Source: a virus. From it: DNA of 5,644 bases. Of this stretch, positions 1 to 4,373 are shown in pieces; position 1 is the first letter of the stretch; each line of letters begins with the position of its first letter. The position numbers and the translations under genes were made by a program. Where the stretch lies: positions 1 to 5,644 of IMG/VR virus record IMGVR_UViG_3300020041_000169, one strand, 5' to 3'. Below the pieces are notes generated by a model. That model worked only from the letters and a program-made list of their open reading frames with translations, did no database searches and had not been told where the DNA came from.

Positions 1-121
1 CAAATGGAAAAAGTGATCGAATTACTTTCTTCGTGGCTTAAGTCCGCCCCTAAATGGGTTAAAGTTGTTGTGCCGCTCTTAATCGCTGGATTAGTCGCCA
101 TCTACCTCCTTTCTTCTTGTA
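1..121. repeat. Terminal redundancy, left copy; exact duplicate of 5524..5644, indicating a circular genome written past its start
   Basis: Read base by base, 1..121 (caaatggaaaaagtgatcg...cctttcttcttgta) is identical to 5524..5644. The offset of 5523 is the unit genome length. Confidence 0.95.
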
Positions 122-414
122 GTGCTATCCGTCAATTGGAGGTGGAACGGCGACAGACAAGAGAGATTAAGGACACGACTTCGGTACATCTCGTTACGTC
201 TGTTTATGTCCGGACTTCTGTGACCCGATCCGCTCGCGTGCGCTCTCTCCCCTATTCCGCCACGACAACCAAGGCCGCAAGGCCGCTCGTATCCCAAGAA
301 GCGGCCGCCCCTGCGGCCGCTGGAACACAGGCGGCAACAGCACGCCGATGTATCCAATCGTCAACTTTTCGCTCAGGTGCCGAAGTGACAACTTTCTTGA
401 TGCCCTCGCCGTGA
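4..414 (+). CDS. Hypothetical membrane protein with a lipoprotein-like signal peptide (136 aa); function unknown
   Basis: ATG at 4, TGA at 412..414. The N-terminus has K13/K17/K20, then a hydrophobic run V21-L36, then L36-S37-S38-C39 (nt 109..120). That fits the lipobox pattern [LVI][ASTVI][GAS]C. The remainder is basic, Ser/Thr/Ala-rich and low complexity. Caveat: roughly codons 75-136 lie in a GC-rich island where all frames on both strands are open, so the 3' extent is uncertain. In the circle its ATG (5527) overlaps the end of the 31-codon ORF 5444..5539. A strong terminator follows at 453..489. Confidence 0.5.
   Translation: MEKVIELLSSWLKSAPKWVKVVVPLLIAGLVAIYLLSSCSAIRQLEVERRQTREIKDTTSVHLVTSVYVRTSVTRSARVRSLPYSATTTKAARPLVSQEAAAPAAAGTQAATARRCIQSSTFRSGAEVTTFLMPSP
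300..321 (+). other. 9-bp GC hairpin (agcggccgc / ccct / gcggccgct)
   Basis: Pairs a300-t321 through c308-g313 are all Watson-Crick, with loop ccct (309..312). Eight of the nine pairs are G:C. Confidence 0.8.
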
Positions 415-442
415 GGCGTCAGCCCCTTATCGAGGGCATCAA
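397..442 (+). other. 12-bp perfect inverted repeat (ttgatgccctcg ... cgagggcatcaa) enclosing the stop codon of ORF 4..414
   Basis: 397..408 is the exact reverse complement of 431..442. The 22-nt loop (409..430) contains the TGA at 412..414 and a small inner ggc/gcc hairpin (415..424). Confidence 0.8.
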
Positions 443-452
443 TGAACGAAAG

Positions 453-489
453 AAATTGTGCTTGCACGCTTGCAAGTGCAATTTTTTTT
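453..489 (+). terminator. Rho-independent terminator
   Basis: aaattgtgcttgca (453..466) pairs with tgcaagtgcaattt (471..484) around the tetraloop cgct. The stem is 14 bp including two G:U positions in RNA (g460:t477, t459:g478). It has an upstream A-tract and runs into an 8-T run (482..489). It lies just downstream of ORF 4..414. Confidence 0.7.
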
Positions 490-505
490 GGTCATTGATG
501 ACCAA
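488..505. promoter_or_regulatory. Perfect palindrome TTGGTCAT-tg-ATGACCAA; possible protein-binding site
   Basis: ttggtcat (488..495) is the exact reverse complement of atgaccaa (498..505), with a 2-nt centre. It directly abuts the terminator T-run. Function not determinable from sequence. Confidence 0.3.
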
Positions 506-530
506 GGAGTTTGAGGAATGTCTTCAATGA

Positions 531-772
531 AAACCAATTATTCCGCTATTCGATAGCATTCGTCCTGTATCTTAATAAAAATATATCATAATAATTCTAT
601 TTATTAAAACTATAAAATAATGTCAAAAGGTCGAATGCTCTTGCGTGTTCTTTTCTTTCTTCGTATATTGCGTCCAATAAGATGAAAGAAAGAAAATTTT
701 TGTTAAAGTGCCCGTTTAACAACGTCTTTCTTTTCTCTTAGAACACATTTATTAACTAAAAATTATTGTCAA
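531..772 (+). promoter_or_regulatory. AT-rich intergenic region; probable promoter region for the 773->VP4->VP1 gene block
   Basis: No ORF longer than about 21 codons. 541..640 has 26/100 G+C by hand count and 571..620 is almost pure A/T. It sits between a terminator and the first of a run of co-oriented genes. I could not pick a convincing -35/-10 or TAnnTTTG element, so only the region is called. Confidence 0.4.
651..696 (+). other. Polypyrimidine/polypurine hairpin (ttttctttctt ... aagaaagaaaa) followed by a T-run
   Basis: 651..661 is the exact reverse complement of 686..696 (11 bp), with a 24-nt loop, followed by ttttt (697..701). A third related polypyrimidine tract, tctttcttttctctt, lies at 725..739. 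Confidence 0.5.
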
Positions 773-1060
773 ATGGTCAAAACTTTAAACAAAGTCACTC
801 TTGATTTTGAGCCTTTCAAGGCAGATGAACTCCTTCGTGTAAGTCTTAAGGTCGTGCGTGATGCGCCTTACGTTTCATCTGAATGGCCGTCACGTGTCAT
901 TCTTTGGCTATCCCGCCGTTATCATGTTGTCGCTTCTTATTTCTCTATTTCAGGTGACAATTCTTTCACTTTGTCTGCTATTATCGTAAGTGATAAGGAT
1001 TTCTTTCGTCAGTGGTCATATAATTCGTTGCTCGAATATGTTAGGCGACTTATTGCGTGA
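773..1060 (+). CDS. Hypothetical protein (95 aa)
   Basis: ATG at 773, TGA at 1058..1060. Same strand as all hallmark genes. Third codon positions are pyrimidine-rich, as in VP1/VP2/VP4. It is the first ORF after the AT-rich intergenic region. I recognise no motif. Confidence 0.6.
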   Translation: MVKTLNKVTLDFEPFKADELLRVSLKVVRDAPYVSSEWPSRVILWLSRRYHVVASYFSISGDNSFTLSAIIVSDKDFFRQWSYNSLLEYVRRLIA

Positions 1061-1310
1061 AAACGTAGTTCTTGCAGGAATGATTATCGATTTAGGTTTA
1101 ATCCCTGTTGATTTGTGCACTCCCACGTTAATATCTAAGATAAATGAGGAAATTTATGCTAAGGCAGAATCTGAATACTGGACACAGCAACGCGCCGATG
1201 ATGTACGTGAATTTTGTGAGTATTTCGCCCACAGGCGTCATGCTGACAAATTTTATTGTGAGCAATCTAAGTTGTTTGAGCCTCGTTTTGTTGAACTATT
1301 TGATAGTTAG
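1038..1310 (+). CDS. Hypothetical acidic protein (90 aa from ATG 1038; the track ORF starts at GTG 990)
   Basis: The open frame is 990..1310 with stop TAG at 1308..1310. Position 990 is GTG and would overlap the upstream ORF by 71 nt. In-frame ATGs at 1038 (23-nt overlap) and 1080 (no overlap) are more plausible starts. It ends 7 nt before the VP4 start. I recognise no motif. Confidence 0.5.
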   Translation: MLGDLLRENVVLAGMIIDLGLIPVDLCTPTLISKINEEIYAKAESEYWTQQRADDVREFCEYFAHRRHADKFYCEQSKLFEPRFVELFDS

Positions 1311-1317
1311 TTAATAT

Positions 1318-2292
1318 ATGTGTTACAACCCGCTTACCGTTACAATCAGTGAACCCAATGCGTCCGGAGGAATCCGCCGTGTTGCGGTTCCCTGTGGTAA
1401 GTGCTTTCAGTGCTTACGTGACTATCAGAATTCATGGTCTATTCGTATTCAGGAAGAGTTTAATAATTATGGTTATGGTTACTTTTTTACTCTCACTTAC
1501 AATAATGATTGCGTGCCTTTTGTTTGTGACCGTGATAGCGGTCGTTTATATCAGTCGGTGTGTAAGTCACACGTACAAGATTGGATTAAGAGGTTTCGCA
1601 CGAGGTTATCTCGAAAGGAAGGCGAGACGAAGGCAGGTATCAAATATTTTATAACCTCTGAGTATGGCCCTCGTACTTTAAGACCTCATTATCATGGTGT
1701 CATATTTGGTATTGATGAAATTGAATTCCGTTTGTTGCTTTCAGATTGGAACAAAACATTTGGCTTCACTACTTATAGGTTGATTCCTGCCCATAATTGT
1801 GGTGGTGCTTCTCGTTACGTTGCTAAATATTGCTCCAAAGGTTTTTTCAAGAATCCTTATGAGGTTCAAGGTATTGTTAAGCCAACTTTTCATCTTGTAA
1901 GCAAAGGATTTGGTTTTTCATATGTTGAACGTATGAAAGATTATCACCTCGCTGCTGATTGCTCTATTAACCCTCGCTTAGGCCGTTATTATCAGCGTGT
2001 CGGCGACCGTTCTCGCGTTTTTATTGGAAAATTTGGCTACAAGATGCCAAGATATTACAAGACAAAGATTTATGGTGAAAAAACTCGTTTATCGCGCAAA
2101 GTTGCTGATTATCTACATCAGGAGTCTGACAAATTTCGTGATAGTGCATTGGAAAGAATACAATCCGAAAGGAATTGCACGCTATCTGAAGCCATTCACA
2201 TACTTGATTTGCAAAATGATAGCGAAAGATTATGCAGAGAAAGAGAGATACGAAAGGCTTTAGGTGATTCTTACGACAAATCCCAAATTTAA
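1318..2292 (+). CDS. VP4: Replication initiation protein, HUH rolling-circle endonuclease (Microviridae VP4 / phiX174 A-like)
   Basis: 324 aa. The N-terminus reads MCYNP...VPCGKCFQC (Cys cluster, aa 25-32). Motif I is FFTLTY (aa 56-61, nt 1483..1500). The HUH motif is RPHYHGVIFG (H124-Y125-H126, nt 1687..1695). Motif III is SRYVAKYCSK, with two tyrosines Y167 and Y171 (nt 1816..1830). This matches the Y-V-A-K-Y arrangement of the phiX174 A active site as I recall it. Confidence 0.93.
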   Translation: MCYNPLTVTISEPNASGGIRRVAVPCGKCFQCLRDYQNSWSIRIQEEFNNYGYGYFFTLTYNNDCVPFVCDRDSGRLYQSVCKSHVQDWIKRFRTRLSRKEGETKAGIKYFITSEYGPRTLRPHYHGVIFGIDEIEFRLLLSDWNKTFGFTTYRLIPAHNCGGASRYVAKYCSKGFFKNPYEVQGIVKPTFHLVSKGFGFSYVERMKDYHLAADCSINPRLGRYYQRVGDRSRVFIGKFGYKMPRYYKTKIYGEKTRLSRKVADYLHQESDKFRDSALERIQSERNCTLSEAIHILDLQNDSERLCREREIRKALGDSYDKSQI

Positions 2293-2304
2293 TTTCTAAT
2301 TTAT

Positions 2305-3906
2305 ATGTCAAATCGCAATTTATTCGGTTCTACGCCGATACAGGTTCCTAACCGTTCCGGTTTCGATCTGTCGCACGAAAATATGCTCACACTTAAGTGT
2401 GGTCAACTCGTGCCTGTTATGACCGACCTTCTTATCCCCGGCGATAGGGTTAGCGTTGGTTCTGCTTTCGAGATCCAGTTGCCCCCTATGGCGACTGATT
2501 TCTACGGTCGTGTTCGTTTCAAGATGGAGGCCTTTTTTGTTCCTTGTCGCCTCCTCTATGCTGGTTGGCAGAAGTTTATGACCTCTCCTACTGGTAACAA
2601 TGCCCCTTCCGCTATTTCTGTTGGCTCTACACTGCCTTTCTGTGTTGTTCCTGCTGAAAATGCTTCTGTTCTTGGTCGTGGTTCCCTTGCTGATTATCTC
2701 GGCTATAAAGGTACTGCTAATACCCGTCAGCGTATTAATAACATATTGCGCTTTATGGCTTATCATAAGATTTACGATGATTGGTACCGTGATTCTCGGA
2801 TTCAGAAGCCTTTATTTGATGAGGCTGTTCCGATAAATACTTCGGCTAGTTCTATTTCGGTTGCTAATCTTCCTTATCAAGGTGTCAACGGTGATTCCTT
2901 TGTTTATGGTACTGCAACAAAATTTGCCGACGGTGTTGACCTTTTCAGTCTTCGTCAGCGTAACTGGGCTCGTGATTATTTTACAAATGCTACCCCTCTT
3001 CCACAGGCTGGCACAGGTGCCTCTTTGTCTTTTGATGTTGCCAATGATAGTGGTAGTTTTACTATTGCTTCCCTCCGTGCTGCGAACTCTTTGCAACAGT
3101 GGTTGGAGCGCAATAATATTGCTGGTAATAGGTATGCCGACCAAATTAAGGCTCATTTCGGTGTTATGCCTTCCGATGCTGTTATACAGCGCCCTATCTA
3201 TTTAGGTAGTTCTTCGAGTGTTATTTATAATCATTCGGTCTATCAGACTAACAATATGGGCGATGTTGTCGGTGACGGTTCCCCGAATCCTTTCACTTCT
3301 GTAGGTTCTAAATTTTCCGCTCCTATCGGTTCTGACAAATCTTCCCTTGTTGGTGATTTTTCAGTCACAGAGTTCGGTTACCTTATGGTTATCGGCTCTA
3401 TCGTCCCCGATGCCGTTTATGCAACTGGTGTTAACCGTGATTTCTTCCGGTTGCAGATTGGTGATTTTGCTTTTCCTCTGCTTCAAGGTGTTGGTGATCA
3501 ACCTATTTATAAGGCTGAACTGGCTAATGTCGGCGTAGATGGCAATACTATGGATGAAATGGAAACTTTCGGTTATACTCAGCGTTTCGCAGAGTATAAA
3601 TTTATGGAAGATGAAGTTCACGGTGGCCTTTGTGATGGTCAATCGCTTTCTGCTTTTGCTCTTAAGCGTTCTTTTGGCACTCTTCCTAATACTGCCCTTG
3701 GTGCCTCGTTCTTGGAAATTCCTGTTGACTATCTTGATGATGTTGCGGCCTCTGGTAGTTCGTTGCCTTCTTCTTACGGTGCTTGGGCTGATATTTTCTT
3801 TCAATATCGCAAGACTTCGGTCCTTTCTGCCTATACTATACCTACTCTTGGCGATCCTCATAACACACATCTTGAAACTGTTCCTACAGGTGGTCGCCGT
3901 CTATAA
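2305..3906 (+). CDS. VP1: Major capsid protein (Microviridae VP1 / phiX174 F-like)
   Basis: 533 aa. The N-terminus has NRSGFDLSHE, GQLVPV, LIPGDR and AFFVPCRLLY. These parallel the DLSH, PGD-like and F-Y-VP-x-R elements of phiX174 F and gokushovirus VP1. Internal WARDYFTNATPLPQ and LQQWLERNNIAGNRYADQIKAHFGV are typical VP1 blocks. A strong terminator follows. Confidence 0.95.
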   Translation: MSNRNLFGSTPIQVPNRSGFDLSHENMLTLKCGQLVPVMTDLLIPGDRVSVGSAFEIQLPPMATDFYGRVRFKMEAFFVPCRLLYAGWQKFMTSPTGNNAPSAISVGSTLPFCVVPAENASVLGRGSLADYLGYKGTANTRQRINNILRFMAYHKIYDDWYRDSRIQKPLFDEAVPINTSASSISVANLPYQGVNGDSFVYGTATKFADGVDLFSLRQRNWARDYFTNATPLPQAGTGASLSFDVANDSGSFTIASLRAANSLQQWLERNNIAGNRYADQIKAHFGVMPSDAVIQRPIYLGSSSSVIYNHSVYQTNNMGDVVGDGSPNPFTSVGSKFSAPIGSDKSSLVGDFSVTEFGYLMVIGSIVPDAVYATGVNRDFFRLQIGDFAFPLLQGVGDQPIYKAELANVGVDGNTMDEMETFGYTQRFAEYKFMEDEVHGGLCDGQSLSAFALKRSFGTLPNTALGASFLEIPVDYLDDVAASGSSLPSSYGAWADIFFQYRKTSVLSAYTIPTLGDPHNTHLETVPTGGRRL

Positions 3907-3914
3907 TTTTCCAT

Positions 3915-3946
3915 TCCAAGGGGCTTTGTCCCCTTGGATTTTCTTT
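3915..3946 (+). terminator. Rho-independent terminator after VP1
   Basis: tccaagggg (3915..3923) is the exact reverse complement of ccccttgga (3930..3938), with loop ctttgt, followed by ttttcttt (3939..3946). It starts 9 nt after the VP1 stop. Confidence 0.85.
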
Positions 3947-3972
3947 GTTATTTGATAAATTTACTTTGAATT

Positions 3973-4299
3973 ATGATACAAAAATGTAATTTCGACAAAG
4001 TTCGTGATATTCAGGAACATGTTCCTTCTCTCGCCACCGACCTTAATAAGGCTATTGAGACAAACACCGTTCAAGATACTGGCGTTGTCGCTGATTTCAA
4101 TTCCATTGAAGAGCCTAACGCTATAACTGGTCGTGTGTCTGATGCCTTCGAGGCTATAGACGCTCAGCGTGCAATTCTTGCTGCTGGTAAGGCTGCTAAG
4201 GCTAAGGCTGATGCTGCCGCCGCTGCTTCCGCTGCTGCTGCCGCCGCTGCTTCTGCTGCTGCTAAATCCGTGTCATCTTCAAAAGACGATGTTCTCTAG
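3973..4299 (+). CDS. Hypothetical acidic protein with Ala/Ser-rich low-complexity tail (108 aa); a scaffolding role is speculative
   Basis: ATG at 3973, TAG at 4297..4299, located between VP1 and VP2. The N-terminal two thirds are D/E-rich. The C-terminus reads AAGKAAKAKADAAAAASAAAAAAASAAAKSVSSSKDDVL. Codon style matches neighbouring genes. There is only a vague resemblance to gokushovirus VP3, not enough to call. Confidence 0.65.
   Translation: MIQKCNFDKVRDIQEHVPSLATDLNKAIETNTVQDTGVVADFNSIEEPNAITGRVSDAFEAIDAQRAILAAGKAAKAKADAAAAASAAAAAAASAAAKSVSSSKDDVL
4213..4260 (+). repeat. In-frame 24-nt tandem duplication (2 copies, 23/24 identical) encoding AAAASAAA x2
   Basis: 4213..4236 is gctgccgccgctgcttccgctgct and 4237..4260 is gctgccgccgctgcttctgctgct. 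The single difference is synonymous (tcc/tct). Confidence 0.9.
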
Positions 4300-4310
4300 T
4301 ACGAACATCG
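4287..4310 (+). other. 8-bp hairpin spanning the stop codon of ORF 3973..4299
   Basis: cgatgttc (4287..4294) is the exact reverse complement of gaacatcg (4303..4310). The loop tctagtac contains the TAG stop. Confidence 0.7.
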
Positions 4311-4346
4311 AAGCGCACTATATATACTTGATAATATAGTGCGCTT
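4311..4346 (+). other. 13-bp perfect stem-loop with loop ATACTTGATA; candidate viral-strand replication origin (nick site), alternatively a weak terminator
   Basis: aagcgcactatat (4311..4323) is the exact reverse complement of atatagtgcgctt (4334..4346). The 10-nt loop 4324..4333 contains ACTTGATA. That equals the core of the phiX174 origin CAACTTG/ATATTAATAAC, which gene A protein cleaves after the G. Only a 3-T tract follows, which is poor for an intrinsic terminator. Confidence 0.45.
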
Positions 4347-4373
4347 TGACACATAACAATAAATCAATATTTT

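Larger units (their letters stand above)
225..445. other. GC-rich structured island with GGCCGC repeats and hairpins
   Basis: Hand count: 231..350 has 83/120 G+C (69%). For comparison, 541..640 has 26/100 and 3001..3100 (inside VP1) has 48/100. The island contains a tandem 8-mer aaggccgc x2 (271..286), GGCCGC at 273, 281, 303 and 315, two GCGGCCGC octamers (301..308, 313..320), and hairpins at 300..321 and 397..442. Boundaries are approximate. Confidence 0.7.

Noticed and set aside
91-467. Minus-strand ORFs 91..357, 194..391 and 252..467 (the last starts with GTG, inside the terminator hairpin)
   Set aside because: They lie in the 69% G+C island, where stop codons are rare in every frame. 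All supported genes are on the + strand, as expected for Microviridae. None has a recognisable motif. The N-terminal part of 252..467 (FLSFIDALDKGL...) reads protein-like but is partly a mirror image of the 397..442 inverted repeat.
348-530. + strand ORF 348..530 (60 aa)
   Set aside because: It runs straight through the 12-bp inverted repeat, the terminator hairpin with its T-run, and the 18-nt palindrome. Its openness is better explained by those structural elements than by coding.
504-556. The only AGGAG-like sequence in the window (aaggag 504..509, gagga 513..517), followed by a 12-codon ORF (ATG 518 to TAG 554..556, MSSMKTNYSAIR)
   Set aside because: The ORF is too short and featureless. 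No other gene uses an SD, so this is probably fortuitous.
990-1060. Programmed +1 frameshift joining ORF 773..1060 to ORF 990..1310
   Set aside because: I saw no slippery heptamer or stimulatory structure in the 71-nt overlap. In-frame ATG starts at 1038 and 1080 explain the second ORF more simply.
2600-3955. Chain of very hydrophobic +1-frame ORFs inside VP1 (2600..2836, 2861..3205, 3347..3538, 3539..3955), with similar ones in VP2 (4459..4665, 4798..4992) and rep (1997..2263)
   Set aside because: All are in the +1 frame of a gene with strong T-ending codon bias. That places T at codon position 2 of the shifted frame, which forbids stop codons and forces Leu/Phe/Ile/Val. It is a compositional artefact unless conservation analysis says otherwise. 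Only the rep-embedded 1349..1654 ORF was kept, as a low-interest finding.
4311-4346. Possible dif-like XerC/D recombination site, since the arm AAGCGCACTAT resembles the GCGCATAA part of the E. coli dif XerC arm
   Set aside because: The two arms are a perfect inverted repeat separated by at least 10 nt, not the 6-bp central region of dif sites. There is no distinct XerD-type arm. The resemblance is limited to about 7 nt.
4346-4373. Perfect sigma70-type -35 hexamer TTGACA (4346..4351) with tatttt 16 nt downstream (4368..4373)
   Set aside because: The implied transcription start would fall after the VP2 ATG at 4374. The -10 is weak, and the SD-less genes suggest a host whose promoters may not follow the E. 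coli consensus. It would only fit if VP2 starts at M9 (4398), so it was not called.
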